Shown here: positions 25,922 through 36,704 of the stretch, piece by piece
Numbering within the stretch: the first letter of the stretch is position 1
Layout of the letters: every line of letters starts with the position of its first letter
Assembly: GCA_937934275.1 (NCBI GenBank)
Contig: CALHAM010000024.1
Span: 1,018-65,017 of the forward strand
DNA: 64,000 bases
Reading direction: 5' to 3'
Source of the DNA: an uncultured Saprospiraceae bacterium
GTDB taxonomy: Bacteria > Bacteroidota > Bacteroidia > Chitinophagales > Saprospiraceae
Program-made: the position numbers and the translations under genes
Notes under the pieces: generated by a model
What the model was told of the DNA's origin: nothing
What the model saw: the letters and a program-made list of their open reading frames with translations, nothing else
Database searches by the model: none

Positions 25922-27253
25922 TCACCACGCTGGCTCGAAGCGGTAGTTCTGGAAGCGCAAAATGTGCACATACGTGTTTTCTAAATAGTCGTAATGGGCC
26001 GACAAGCGTTCGCTGGGCGCTGGCCCTTCAGCAGGCACGCGAGCAAAGCGATAGGCACCGCGCAAGCCGTTGAAAGGCGGCTCGGTTGGCAGGTGCTGCG
26101 GGAAGCTCAGCCCAAAGCGCTGTAGCCACTGGCCCGTGAGCAAGAGCACATCGTAGCCGTTAAAAGCATCGTCGTCGGGCACGGTGCCATAGGCATCGTA
26201 AAAGGCCTGCTGAAAAGTGCGCACAGCATCGCTAGTGGGGTCTAAGTAGGCCGCCGAAGAGATGTGAACGTTCAAGTTGGCAAAGTACTCCGGATCGATG
26301 TTCTCGAACTGCCGCCATTGCGGCATGCCATACACCACTACTGGTCGCCCTCGCCGCACAGCATTGAGTTTTCGAAGAAAGGCTACGACAAAGTCCTGAC
26401 TGCCCCAAACGGGCAAGACAAAGACGGCCGTTTGGCCGGGTCGGAAGCAAGCCTCAAGGTCTATTTTATCGAAGAATTGGCCCTCATCAGGCGTCAGGAT
26501 TTCCGAAAAGCGGCGCCCGTCGGTGGGCTGAAAGAACACAGCTCGGTCGGCCTCGCGGCGGCGGAGTACGATGCTGACGTTCTCGGGGCGGTAGCGGGCC
26601 AAAATATGCTGGGCGATGGCTGCCCCATGGGCGCGCAAGGAGGGCATCGTCTGGATGAAATCTGGGTTTTGGCGTGTCAGCGCCATGGTAGGGCTTTCGG
26701 GCGAGACGACGATTTGCCGAGTTTGTTTAGCGCGCTCGGCCATCAGGCTGATGTGGCTGGGGCGCATAGGTCCGACAACGACTTGGGCCTTTTGGAGGCG
26801 CGGGTGGTCAAGCAGGCGTTGGAAATCGCTGTCGTTCAGGCGCGTATCGAGCACTTCCACTTCTAAGTTCATCCCGGTTTCAGACAGGTGCTGCAAAGCC
26901 AGCGTAGCGCCGGCATAGAATTGGAGCGCGGGCAGGCTGCGGTCGGGTACGGCCGATCCTTGCGGCTCAGATAGATCCGTTAGGAAGGGCAACAGCAGAG
27001 CAATGCGGTAGGTAGCGGCTGGGGCAGTAGGTCGGCTGGGCACATCCCCGATGGGTGGGCGGGCGTCAGGAGCCGGCTTCCAGCGGATGGTGTCCATGGG
27101 TTGCTGAGTAGGCACCGGGCGGTCGGCTGGGCGCGAGGGAGCCGGCCGTTGCGGCGCTGGCGAAGGGGGCGTAGTACGGCGGGCAGGTGTGCAGGCCCAC
27201 CACAGCAGCACTGTTGCGAAAAGACAAAGAGCGCCCAAAAACGGTTGTTTCAT
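25922..27253 (-). CDS. Periplasmic-binding-protein type 1 (LIVBP-like) fold lipoprotein with Pro-rich N-terminal linker
   Basis: The likely start is the ATG at 27253 (MKQPFLGALCLFATVLLWWAC); the track ORF begins at 27268. A Pro-rich linker is followed by YRIALLLPF...LQFYAGATLAL..., which resembles Peripla_BP_6 proteins. Confidence 0.5.
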   Translation of the reverse strand: MKQPFLGALCLFATVLLWWACTPARRTTPPSPAPQRPAPSRPADRPVPTQQPMDTIRWKPAPDARPPIGDVPSRPTAPAATYRIALLLPFLTDLSEPQGSAVPDRSLPALQFYAGATLALQHLSETGMNLEVEVLDTRLNDSDFQRLLDHPRLQKAQVVVGPMRPSHISLMAERAKQTRQIVVSPESPTMALTRQNPDFIQTMPSLRAHGAAIAQHILARYRPENVSIVLRRREADRAVFFQPTDGRRFSEILTPDEGQFFDKIDLEACFRPGQTAVFVLPVWGSQDFVVAFLRKLNAVRRGRPVVVYGMPQWRQFENIDPEYFANLNVHISSAAYLDPTSDAVRTFQQAFYDAYGTVPDDDAFNGYDVLLLTGQWLQRFGLSFPQHLPTEPPFNGLRGAYRFARVPAEGPAPSERLSAHYDYLENTYVHILRFQNYRFEPAW

Positions 27254-27404
27254 ATAAAGAATCGGCATTTGGCAGCAAAAGTAAGGCAGTGCTCTCAGGG
27301 TGCGACGCGGGGCTCAAACGCCGCAAACCGCCAAAGGCTTTTGCGCTAAACAGGACGGCCCCTTCAACCAACGGCTTCCTTCGCTCTTCCTCCAGCCGCG
27401 CTTC

Positions 27405-29696
27405 TTATTTCCTTTGAGCGTCTACGACGGCCATGGCCGTCATATCCACAATTTCGCGCACAGAGGCCCCCATTTGCAGCACGTGGATGGGCTTTTTCAG
27501 GCCAGTAATGATCGGGCCGATGATTTCGATGCCCGCTAAGCTGCGCATCAGGTTGTAGGCGATGTTGGCCGAAGAAAGATTGGGAAAAATGAGCGTATTG
27601 GCTGGGCCATCCACCAAAGTGCTGAAGGGATAGTTCTGCCGCAGCAGTTCTGTGTCAAAGGCCAAATGGGCCTGCATCTCGCCATCAATCACCCAGTGCG
27701 GGTGTTTCTCTTTGAGCAAGGCGGTCGCTTGGCGCATTTTGACGGCTGCCGCTCCGTCGGATACCGACCCGAAAGTAGAGTAAGTAATTAAAGCAATGCG
27801 CGGTTTAATGTTGAACTTCTGCACCTGTTGAGCCGTCTGTTCGGCAATCTCAACGATTTCCTCAGCCGTTGGGTCGAGGTTGATGGTCGCATCGGCAATG
27901 AATATCGGCCCCAGTCGGCTCATTAGGATGTACATGGCCGACACGCGCCGCAGCCCGGGGCGCGGGCCAACTACTCGTATTGCCGGTCGTATTGTGTCGG
28001 GGTAGTTGCGCGTCAAGCCGCCGATCATAGCGTCGGCATCGCCGTTCTCTACCATGAGGGCGCCGAAGTAATTGCGGTGCCGCACAATCTGGCGCGCTTC
28101 GCGGTAAATAATGCCCTTGCGCTGGCGTTTTTCATATAAGATTTGCGCGTAGTGCTCTAAGCGCGCCTCTTCCTCCGCCGTTACCGGCATCTTTGGGTCG
28201 ATGATGGGCACATCGTGAATATGCAAGCGATGCTCCTGAATTAAGGCCTGAATGCGCATTACATTGCCCAACAGGATGGGATGAGCAATTTTTTCCTCTA
28301 AGACAACTTGGATGGCCTTCAGCACGGAGAGATTTTCAGCATCGGCAAAGACCACGCGCTTGGGGTTGCGCCGCGCCTTAGTCTGAATGACGCGCGTCAG
28401 CGTATTATCTACGCCCAAGCGGCTCGCTAGTTGGTTTTCGTAAGCCTCCCAATCCGAAATAGGCTGCTGGGCAACGCCCGACTCCATGGCTGCGCGTGCC
28501 ACTGCAGGGGCTACGGCGGTGATTAGGCGCGGATCAACGGGTTTAGGAATGATGTATTCCGGCCCAAAAACTAAGTTGACATTGTCATAGGCTAAGTTGA
28601 CGATGTCGGGTACCGGCTTTTTGGCTAAATCGGCCAAAGCGCGCACCGCCGCTAATTTCATCTCCTCGTTGATGACACGGGCGCGCACATCTAAAGCACC
28701 GCGAAAGATGAAGGGAAAACCCAGCACGTTGTTGACTTGGTTGGGATAGTCGGAACGCCCAGTAGCCATGATGATATCGGGCCGAGCTGCTGTAGCATCT
28801 TCGTAGCTGATTTCGGGGTCTGGGTTAGCCATCGCAAAAACGATGCAATTGGGCGCCATAGAGCGCACCATGTCTTGAGTGAGGACATTGCCTACCGACA
28901 GGCCGACAAACACATCGGCCCCCTCGAGGGCCTCGGCCAAGGTGGTGTCGGCCGGCAGGCGGTCATTGACAAACTCGCTCTTTCGCCCATCTAAGTGGGT
29001 GCGCGAGGGGTGAAGCAGCCCTTTGCTGTCGAACATAAAAATGTTTTCCTTGCGCGCGCCCAAGGCGCAATAAATGCGCGTGCACGAAATGGCCGACGCT
29101 CCAGCCCCATTGACCACTATTCTGACCTTTGAAATGTCTTTGCCTACCAGTTCCAGCGCATTGAGCAGGGCCGCTCCACTGATGATCGCCGTACCGTGCT
29201 GGTCGTCGTGCATGACTGGAATGTTGAGCGCTTGCTTGAGGCGCTCTTCAATTTCGAAGCAATCGGGAGCAGAGATGTCTTCTAAGTTGATGCCGCCGAA
29301 AGTGGGTTCTAGAATCTTGACCGTCCGGACGAATTCGTCCACGTTGGTAGTATCCAGTTCAAGGTCGAAGCAATCGATGTCGGCATAGATTTTAAACAAC
29401 AGCCCTTTGCCCTCCATGACGGGCTTGCTGGCCAAGGCGCCCAAATTGCCCAGGCCCAACACAGCCGTGCCGTTGCTGATGACAGCCACCAAATTGCCCT
29501 TTGTCGTGTAGCGGTAGGCATCGTCGGGGTTGTTGGCAATGGCAAGGCAAGGAGCCGCTACTCCAGGTGAGTACGCCAGCGACAAATCGCGTTGGTTAGC
29601 CGTTTCTTTGGTGGGTATGACCTCTAGTTTGCCCGGGCGGCCTTTAGCGTGGTAGTACAGCGACTCCTCCGTAAGTTTCGTTGACTTGTTGTCCAT
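27405..29696 (-). CDS. maeB: NADP-dependent malic enzyme (malic enzyme domain fused to phosphate-acetyltransferase-like domain)
   Basis: The track ORF starts at a TTG (29717); the first ATG is at 29696 (MDNKSTKL...). Motifs [24 protein letters not shown] and VVNGAGASA, plus a C-terminal PTA-like domain of about 330 aa. Confidence 0.9.
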   Translation of the reverse strand: MDNKSTKLTEESLYYHAKGRPGKLEVIPTKETANQRDLSLAYSPGVAAPCLAIANNPDDAYRYTTKGNLVAVISNGTAVLGLGNLGALASKPVMEGKGLLFKIYADIDCFDLELDTTNVDEFVRTVKILEPTFGGINLEDISAPDCFEIEERLKQALNIPVMHDDQHGTAIISGAALLNALELVGKDISKVRIVVNGAGASAISCTRIYCALGARKENIFMFDSKGLLHPSRTHLDGRKSEFVNDRLPADTTLAEALEGADVFVGLSVGNVLTQDMVRSMAPNCIVFAMANPDPEISYEDATAARPDIIMATGRSDYPNQVNNVLGFPFIFRGALDVRARVINEEMKLAAVRALADLAKKPVPDIVNLAYDNVNLVFGPEYIIPKPVDPRLITAVAPAVARAAMESGVAQQPISDWEAYENQLASRLGVDNTLTRVIQTKARRNPKRVVFADAENLSVLKAIQVVLEEKIAHPILLGNVMRIQALIQEHRLHIHDVPIIDPKMPVTAEEEARLEHYAQILYEKRQRKGIIYREARQIVRHRNYFGALMVENGDADAMIGGLTRNYPDTIRPAIRVVGPRPGLRRVSAMYILMSRLGPIFIADATINLDPTAEEIVEIAEQTAQQVQKFNIKPRIALITYSTFGSVSDGAAAVKMRQATALLKEKHPHWVIDGEMQAHLAFDTELLRQNYPFSTLVDGPANTLIFPNLSSANIAYNLMRSLAGIEIIGPIITGLKKPIHVLQMGASVREIVDMTAMAVVDAQRK

Positions 29697-29902
29697 AATC
29701 TTCGTGAGCAAATTCAATTAGTGCCGCGAAGGTAGGAAGTGGGCGCCTCACCAGACACGCCGAGCAGCCAACACATGCCCACGCGCCACCTGCATGCTGC
29801 TTATGCCGACGGATATAGGAGCCTCATTCTGCGGTAGAAAGGGCAAAAATCGCTTCCCGCCCCCGAAAAGAAGTATTATCCTAAGGCAATGCCTTGACTC
29901 GC

Positions 29903-32900
29903 TCAATTGCCTTCGTCTTCCAGGGTATCGCAGTGGTAGTGTCGCTCTTGACGGGGGCGGAAATTGTTGGGCCGCCCGCTGCCCTCTCCTGCCGATTTCT
30001 TTTCAGCCTGCGCTTTGGCCAGCAAGCGCGCCCGTTCGCGACGCATGGCTTCGCGCAGTTGTCGGTCTTCGTCGAGGTCGAAGTATTTCACGCCGTCCAC
30101 CCAAGTTTTTTCAGCACGGGCATACACAGACAGCGGGTGATCGCTCCACAGAACGACATCGGCGTCTTTGCCCACTTTTATGCTGCCGATGCGGTCGTCT
30201 ACGCGCAGCATTTTGGCAGGGTTGAGGGTAACCATCTTCCAAGCGTCTTCCTCGCTAACGCCGCCGTACATGACTGCTTTTGCGGCTTCTTGGTTGAGGC
30301 GGCGAGCCATTTCAGCGTCGTCCGAGTTAATGGCCACCAACACTCCCTGCTGGTGCAGGATGGCCGTATTGTAAGGGATGGCCTGATAGACTTCGAATTT
30401 GTAGGCCCACCAATCGCTAAACGAACTAGCGCCTACGCCGTGCTGGCGCATCTCTTTGGCCACTTTGTAGCCCTCGAGGATGTGGGTAAAAGTGTTGATG
30501 CGGAAGCCAAAGCGCTCGGCTATGCGCATGAGCATGAGAATTTCGCTTTGCACGTAAGAATGGCACGTGATGAAGCGCTTGCCCTCGAGAATTTCAGCCA
30601 ATGCCTCCATCTCCAAGTCTTTTCGGTAGGGCTTTCCCGAGCGCTTGAGTCGGGCATATTCTTGGGCACGGGTGAAATAATCCACGTACACTTGCTCTAC
30701 GCCCATGCGCGTTTGCGGGTATCGGGTGCGCTGGTTTTCGCTCCAGTTGCTTTGCTTGACGTTTTCGCCCAAGGCGAATTTAATCTGGCCGGGCCAGCCC
30801 TCGAATTTGAGGGCCTCAGGAGGCAGCCCCCAGCGGAGTTTGATGAGTTGCGTTTGGCCGCCAATGGGGTTGGCCGAGCCGTGCAGCAAATGCGAGCACG
30901 TAACGCCGCCGGCGAGCTGGCGATAGAGGTTGACGTCTTCGTGGTCTACCACATCGCCAATGCGCACTTCAGCACTCGACTCTTGGGTGCCTTCGTTGAC
31001 GCCGCGCGAGATAGCGATGTGAGAGTGCTCATCTACAATGCCGGCAGTGAGGTGTTTGCCCGTGCCGTCAATGACGATGGCGTCATCTTGACTGGGTAAA
31101 TTGCGCCCGATGCGGCGAATTTTGCCGTTAGAGAGGAGCACGTCGGTGTTGCGCAGGATGCCTTCGCGCTCGTTCGTCCAGACGGTAGCGTTTCGGATGA
31201 GGTAAGTCTGAGCCTTAGGGGGGACTTGGCGGCCAAAAGCCGCGAAGGGATAGATGACCTCACCCAGCGAGGGTTTTTCGGCGGTCTTTTCCGGACGGCT
31301 GCGCTCGGCTGAGGCATCGCCCGTGCGCTCGGCGCGCCAGCCAATCCAAGTGCCTTCAGGGGTGGTTCCTCGACCCGACCAGCGTTCGCCGCGGGCTTCG
31401 CCAGTGAGGGCGAAAAAGACTTTTCGCGTCGTATCGGGCTGGAAAATTAGGGTTAACAAGCCGTTGTTTAAGGTCAGTGTTGCCTTGAGCACAGTGCTAT
31501 CGGCGCGCATCAGTTGGGCTTCGGGCGCGTCGGGTTTGCCCTTGACCGTCAAGGTGTAGACCGCCGTGTCTACGCTGAGGCGGTAGACGCCAGTGAGGTT
31601 GGCTTCGGGTTCGGAAGTTACCTCAAAGCGCTGGCCCTGAACCCAAGTCTCGAGGATTTTAGTATCGTTCTTAAAGACATTGCCGTTGGCCACAAAGAAA
31701 TTGGCCCATTTGCCGGGTTCCAAAGAGCCTAATTGGTCTTGGGCGCGCACCCATTGCGCGGGCTGCCAAGTAAGTGCTTTAAGGGCGTCGGTTTCCGTTA
31801 GGCCATACTCAACGGCTTTGCGCAAGTTGGGCCAAAACTGCTTTTTGTCTTTCAGGTCGCCTGCAGTGAGGGCAAAGGGAATACCGGCAGCGGCTACGCG
31901 TCCTGGGTTGGTGGGAGCCAGCTCCCAGTGTAAGAGGTCGGCCAGCAGAAGGTCTTCAGCATCGAAAGGTGTTTTGGCTTGAGGAGGCTCCGGAAAATGG
32001 AGCGGCACGATGAGGCCACTCAAACCGGCGGCTTTCACTTCGCTAAGCAACTGATATTCGTCCCCATTAGTCTTGACGATGTAGGAGCAGCCAAACTCTC
32101 GACCGATGCGAGCAATGCGCAGGATTTCCAGTTTGTCGCCGGCCTCAAAGATTTGAGGGAGATCTTGTAAGCGGTTCCATGCTTCGAGCGAGAGGTTGCG
32201 CTCTTCAGCAGCACCTCCTTGGCGGTACCATTCAGCATCGAAGTAGGTTTGACGCAGCAGCGCTATAACTCCCATGAGCGACATGGGGTAATTTTGAACG
32301 GTGTTTCCGCGGCGCAGCGACAGGTGATGGGCCGCGCGCGGAATGAGGAGCGTTTGATGCTCCTGTTCGCTACCCAGCACAACGAGGGCGCCCGTGCCGC
32401 GGCTAATGCCGTCGGGCTGATGGGTAAGCAAAGCGCCAAAGCCCATCTTGTGCCATTCGGAGGCTGCCTTGGCGTCGTTGGCAAATACGTCAGCGGCGTT
32501 GTACTCGGGCTTGAGCGACTCGTTCCACGCATAAGCGCCTTTTTTGGTCGAATAAGGCTGGCGGGGAGCGGTGAAGGGGTTGCGCGCTTCGCTGCGCACG
32601 GCGGGCAGGCCGTAGCCGGTACCGTACAGATCGAGGAAGGCCGGGTAGAGGGTTTTGCCGGAGCCATCTATTACAACGGCGTCCTTGGGGATGGCTACGC
32701 CTTTGCCGCAAGCCTCCACCTTGCCTTTGCGAATAACAAGGGTGGCGCTGTCGAGCCGCGTTTGGTAGTCGCGAAAGATGGTCGCGTTGGTGAAAGCATA
32801 GGCCCGGTCGCGCTTGTCGGAAGGAGCCGCCTGAGGGAAGGTAGGCTGGGCTGCCACGCGGAAGGATTGCGCCGCCAATAGAAGCGGCAACACAACAAAA

Positions 32901-32914
32901 AAGGCAAAGCGCAT
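29903..32914 (-). CDS. Large secreted amidohydrolase-family protein (two amidohydrolase-like modules)
   Basis: About 1003 aa from the ATG at 32914 (MRFAFFVVLPLLLAAQS signal peptide). Metal-binding HxH context GIVDEHSHIAISRG, and the N-terminal module has VIDGSGKTLYPAFLDLYG. Confidence 0.75.
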   Translation of the reverse strand: MRFAFFVVLPLLLAAQSFRVAAQPTFPQAAPSDKRDRAYAFTNATIFRDYQTRLDSATLVIRKGKVEACGKGVAIPKDAVVIDGSGKTLYPAFLDLYGTGYGLPAVRSEARNPFTAPRQPYSTKKGAYAWNESLKPEYNAADVFANDAKAASEWHKMGFGALLTHQPDGISRGTGALVVLGSEQEHQTLLIPRAAHHLSLRRGNTVQNYPMSLMGVIALLRQTYFDAEWYRQGGAAEERNLSLEAWNRLQDLPQIFEAGDKLEILRIARIGREFGCSYIVKTNGDEYQLLSEVKAAGLSGLIVPLHFPEPPQAKTPFDAEDLLLADLLHWELAPTNPGRVAAAGIPFALTAGDLKDKKQFWPNLRKAVEYGLTETDALKALTWQPAQWVRAQDQLGSLEPGKWANFFVANGNVFKNDTKILETWVQGQRFEVTSEPEANLTGVYRLSVDTAVYTLTVKGKPDAPEAQLMRADSTVLKATLTLNNGLLTLIFQPDTTRKVFFALTGEARGERWSGRGTTPEGTWIGWRAERTGDASAERSRPEKTAEKPSLGEVIYPFAAFGRQVPPKAQTYLIRNATVWTNEREGILRNTDVLLSNGKIRRIGRNLPSQDDAIVIDGTGKHLTAGIVDEHSHIAISRGVNEGTQESSAEVRIGDVVDHEDVNLYRQLAGGVTCSHLLHGSANPIGGQTQLIKLRWGLPPEALKFEGWPGQIKFALGENVKQSNWSENQRTRYPQTRMGVEQVYVDYFTRAQEYARLKRSGKPYRKDLEMEALAEILEGKRFITCHSYVQSEILMLMRIAERFGFRINTFTHILEGYKVAKEMRQHGVGASSFSDWWAYKFEVYQAIPYNTAILHQQGVLVAINSDDAEMARRLNQEAAKAVMYGGVSEEDAWKMVTLNPAKMLRVDDRIGSIKVGKDADVVLWSDHPLSVYARAEKTWVDGVKYFDLDEDRQLREAMRRERARLLAKAQAEKKSAGEGSGRPNNFRPRQERHYHCDTLEDEGN

Positions 32915-33080
32915 AACATCAGACAGGTTTAACACGAGGCAAAAATAGGGCAGTAGTCGAGCTGGGTACGCCTGTGCCCGACGGATGGGTGAGGATTTGG
33001 ATAAAGGCGGTTTTTGCAAGGCTGATGGGGCAAAAGCTTTCAGCTTTCAAAAAAGCGGACACGGAGAAAATGCTCCTAAT

Positions 33081-33971
33081 TCAGGGGGCTTCTGTAACAA
33101 GCGCCTGTGCCTGGCCAACCCAATCCTCTTGGACAATTCTGACAAAGGAAAGGTTGAGGGCGCGGGCAATTTGGAGGATATCGTCGTCGTCCCATTGGCT
33201 GATTTGGACAAATGAATGAAAGCCCAGCTCGCGCAAACGGGCAGCCAGTTGAGGGCTGATGCCGCGAATGCGGCTCAGGTCGTCGCCCTGAGGCGGTGTT
33301 TGAGTGGGTTCGGAAAAGGCGTCGGAAGCCTGAGCACTTTCGGAGAGGTGCCGCACTTGTTGAGCGAGGTGTTCCAACTCGCGCAATTGCTGTTCGATGC
33401 GGGCGCGGGCAATGGCCAGTTGTTCGCGCAGTTGGCGGCGTTCCTGCTCGAGCAAAAGGTTGCGCTCTTCCAATTCTTGCAAGCGGCGTTGCGCAGTGGT
33501 GAAGTCGGTATGTAAGCGCTGCCAGCCCGAGGCTTGGGCGCGCAGAGTTTCCAGCTCGCCCAGCAAGCGCTCGTTTTCTTCCCTGAGGCGTTGGCTATTG
33601 GCCTCCAAGTCGGCCACTTGTGCTCTTAAGCGAGCGACTTCCGTTTCGGCGCGCTCCATGCGGGCAGTGTGGCTTTGGGCCGCATCGAGCAACACCGCGC
33701 GTTCGCTCTCGTACTGCTGCACCAAATCGCGCAGGTTGCCCACTTCTAAAGAGACCTTGCGCAAATCCACCTCGCGCAAATCGTAGTAGTATTTAACCTG
33801 CGTATATAAGCGCGCCAATGCGTTGCGTTCGTTCGTGGTGCGCTCCAGTTGGCGAGCCAATCTTCGCTCCGGCCAAGCAGCGCGCATGTTCCAGCCAATG
33901 AGCAGACCGGCCAGCACGGCTATCGTCCACAGCAAGGCAAACAGGACAGGATCTTGCAGCAGGTCGAGCAT
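33081..33971 (-). CDS. Membrane-anchored coiled-coil protein with C-terminal helix-hairpin-helix-like domain
   Basis: The likely start is the ATG at 33971 (MLDLLQDPVLFALLWTIAVLAGLLIGW); the track start at 34001 is a TTG. About 200 aa of heptad-rich Leu/Glu/Arg/Gln sequence. C-terminus: LSRIRGISPQLAARLRELGFHSFVQISQW...ILQIARAL. Confidence 0.55.
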   Translation of the reverse strand: MLDLLQDPVLFALLWTIAVLAGLLIGWNMRAAWPERRLARQLERTTNERNALARLYTQVKYYYDLREVDLRKVSLEVGNLRDLVQQYESERAVLLDAAQSHTARMERAETEVARLRAQVADLEANSQRLREENERLLGELETLRAQASGWQRLHTDFTTAQRRLQELEERNLLLEQERRQLREQLAIARARIEQQLRELEHLAQQVRHLSESAQASDAFSEPTQTPPQGDDLSRIRGISPQLAARLRELGFHSFVQISQWDDDDILQIARALNLSFVRIVQEDWVGQAQALVTEAP

Positions 33972-34226
33972 AGGCAGGTTGAAGAATGAAAATCGGGGCA
34001 ATAGTAAGGAAATCAGGGCGATATTACCAAATTTTGTTGGTCAGGACGCCGACCCAAACCGAATGCAGCAGAATTTTGGGACTGAAGAGTTCCGAGTAAG
34101 GGTCTAAAGAATTCTGCCCTTTTTGCGTCGCTTGAGCTGCATAGCCTTTTAGCCCTGTTGAGGGGCAACTGAAAAGCCTGCATCTTTCGCCATCGAGCGG
34201 CGTTTACGAAAAAACAGAGTGCGATT

Positions 34227-35666
34227 GTGAACGTAACATTTTACCCAAAAATAACAGAAATCGTCTGGGTCGCCCTGCTTTTAGGGCAAGTTGCCATCAT
34301 GCCGGCTGTGGGTGCTCAGAGCGCTTCTGGCAGCCGCTCTTGGGTACGGATTGACACCATTATCTTAGAAGGCAATAAGCGCACGCGCCCGGAGCTCATC
34401 TTGCGCGAGTTGGAATTCCGAGCCGGCGATACGCTGGACTTGGCTACCCTCACTGAAACGCTGGAGCGCAATCGCTTGCGCGTAATGAACACTGGCCTAT
34501 TTGCTCACTCGACCGTTCACTTAGAGGCACTGCCTCCGGGCAACCGCTTAGCGATGCGCCTGTGGCTCAAAGAGATGTGGTACTTGTATCCCATCCCGGT
34601 CTTTGAGCTGGCTGACCGCAATTTTAATGTTTGGTGGACCGATTTCAACCGTTCGCTCAAACGCGTCAATTACGGCCTCAGTTCGTCGCACCTCAACCTG
34701 AGCGGCCATGCCGATGTGCTCAGGGTAAATCTCAACTTTGGCTATACCAACCGCTATGAAGCCTCCTACATACGCCCGTGGCTCAACCGCCGCCAAACGA
34801 TAGGCTTTCGGGCTGCCGTGGGCTTTAGTCGAAATCACGAGGTGCAGTATCGGACAGCCAACAACCGCCAGCAATTCATCGCCGACCCCAATCTCTGGCT
34901 GCGCCAGCAGCTGTATGCGCGATTGGCCTTACATTGGCGGCCCGGCCTGCTGACGACACAATCCTTTGGCGTAGAGTATCACCACAACCGCGTAGGCGAT
35001 ACGATAGCCTGCGAACTTAATCCGCATTTTTTCGGCCAAGGGCGCACACAACAGCGGCACTTTAGCGCATTTTATCGCCTGGTTACCGATGTGCGCGACG
35101 CCCGACCCTATCCCCTCAAGGGTTGGCTGGCCACCCTGGAAGTGCACCAAAGCGGCTTGCTCCCCTCCGATGACCTGCACTTGTTGCAACTCTCCGTCGA
35201 AGGGCGCTACTACTGCTCGATGGGCCGCCGTTGGAGCGCCGAACTGGCGGCCAAGGTGCGCATCAGTACCCCGCGCCACCAACCACCATTTTACAACAAC
35301 CGGGCTCTGGGGTACGGCTTCGATGTGCTGCGCGGCTATGAATTTTTTGTTGTGGATGGCCTGGACTTTGGTTTACAGAGGGCGACAATGCGCTTTCAAC
35401 TCTTAGACGAGTATCTATACGTCGGCCGATGGATTCCCTTCGCCAAACACCTCCCCGTGCGCGCATTTCTAACCTTACACCACGACACAGGCTACGCCAA
35501 CGACCCGTTCTTTGCCGATGGAAACCCTCTTAGCAACCGCTTGTTGCGCGGATATGGCGCTGGCGCCCACATCGTCCTGTTTTATAACTCGGTCATCCGC
35601 TTAGAGTGGAGCTGGCGCAGCACGGGCGGAAGCGGTCTTTATCTCAACTATAACTCCAGTCTTTGA
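34227..35666 (+). CDS. Omp85/BamA-TamA-family outer-membrane protein (single POTRA plus beta-barrel)
   Basis: 479 aa with a GTG start and a signal peptide. POTRA-like IILEGNKRTRPELILRELEFRAGDTLD. Beta-barrel with aromatic-rich alternating strands. Confidence 0.65.
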   Translation: MNVTFYPKITEIVWVALLLGQVAIMPAVGAQSASGSRSWVRIDTIILEGNKRTRPELILRELEFRAGDTLDLATLTETLERNRLRVMNTGLFAHSTVHLEALPPGNRLAMRLWLKEMWYLYPIPVFELADRNFNVWWTDFNRSLKRVNYGLSSSHLNLSGHADVLRVNLNFGYTNRYEASYIRPWLNRRQTIGFRAAVGFSRNHEVQYRTANNRQQFIADPNLWLRQQLYARLALHWRPGLLTTQSFGVEYHHNRVGDTIACELNPHFFGQGRTQQRHFSAFYRLVTDVRDARPYPLKGWLATLEVHQSGLLPSDDLHLLQLSVEGRYYCSMGRRWSAELAAKVRISTPRHQPPFYNNRALGYGFDVLRGYEFFVVDGLDFGLQRATMRFQLLDEYLYVGRWIPFAKHLPVRAFLTLHHDTGYANDPFFADGNPLSNRLLRGYGAGAHIVLFYNSVIRLEWSWRSTGGSGLYLNYNSSL

Positions 35667-36631
35667 TGTTCGACGACGCCCCTACCGAACTGGTGCAACG
35701 CCAGCAAGCTTACCGGCAATTTGCTTCGGAGGCACCCGATCTGCCCATTTTCATAAATCCTACTTACTTAGACGCCGTTTGCGGCCCAGCCCATTGGTCG
35801 GCGGCGTTGGTCTATCGGGGCAGTCGGGTTGTGGGCGCGCTTCCGTTTTTTCTCAAAAAGAAGCTGGGCTGGCAATACGTAGCCATGCCGCCGCTGTGTC
35901 GCTTTATGGGGCCTTATTTACTGCCGGAAGAGCGGTCGGTGCGGCGAGAGATACCGCTGCTGCGCGCCCTAATTCGGCATCTGCCGCCTTTAGCCGCTTT
36001 TGAACAGGACTTTCACTACGGAGCTGCTAATTGGCTGCCGTTTTATTGGGCGGGCTTTCGGCAGACGACCCGCTACTCTTACACGGTAGTACTCAGTGAT
36101 CTGGCCTCCCTGCAGTGTCAACTGGCCCCAGACTACCGCAACAATAAGCTGCCTAAGGCGGCCAGGCAGGTGGAAATCCGACGCGGTGGCGGTTTGCGGA
36201 CTTTTTTCGAGGTGCACAACCGCTCCTACGAGCGCCAAGGGCTAAAAGCGCCGTTTTCGCTGGCGCTTTTGGAGCGTTTAGACGAGGCGATGGCTGCTCA
36301 GGGCTGCCGAGAGAAGTTTTGGGCGATAGATCGCGAGACTGGCGATGCCCACGCTGTAGCCTACGTTATTTGGGATGCGCGCTCGGCCTACTATCTATTG
36401 GCCGGTGAAGACCCGGCGCTGCGCTCATCGGGTGCAGGCATTTTATTGGCATGGGAAGCCATGCGTTTTGCTTTGGAAGAATTGCGCGCAACGACCTTCG
36501 ACTTTTTGGGCAGCATGAAACCGGCCATTGAGCGCGTGCGCCGCCAACTAGGCGGCACACCCACACCTTACTTTCGAGTGCAGCGCGAGTGGTCGTTCCT
36601 TTGGCGTATGGGTAAAAAGTTGCTGCGTTAG
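35666..36631 (+). CDS. GNAT/FemAB-like acyltransferase (Acetyltransf_6-like)
   Basis: The ATG at 35666 overlaps the upstream TGA (TGATG). About 321 aa, cytoplasmic. The C-terminal half (AYYLLAGEDPALRSSGAGILLAWEAMRFA) resembles FemAB/CelD-type GNAT folds. Confidence 0.5.
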   Translation: MFDDAPTELVQRQQAYRQFASEAPDLPIFINPTYLDAVCGPAHWSAALVYRGSRVVGALPFFLKKKLGWQYVAMPPLCRFMGPYLLPEERSVRREIPLLRALIRHLPPLAAFEQDFHYGAANWLPFYWAGFRQTTRYSYTVVLSDLASLQCQLAPDYRNNKLPKAARQVEIRRGGGLRTFFEVHNRSYERQGLKAPFSLALLERLDEAMAAQGCREKFWAIDRETGDAHAVAYVIWDARSAYYLLAGEDPALRSSGAGILLAWEAMRFALEELRATTFDFLGSMKPAIERVRRQLGGTPTPYFRVQREWSFLWRMGKKLLR

Positions 36632-36704
36632 AAGGCTGTGCATTTTTGGCCGTAGATACATCCTGATGACATTCCTTCTCTCACCAAACACAACCCACTG
36701 TTTT

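Noticed and set aside
29894-31099. 401-aa plus-strand ORF, one of the longest in the track
   Set aside because: It lies entirely antisense to the well-supported amidohydrolase gene (HxH motif, signal peptide). Its translation is low-complexity Ala/Val/Gly/Arg-rich with no motifs, which is the typical shadow ORF of a GC-rich coding region.
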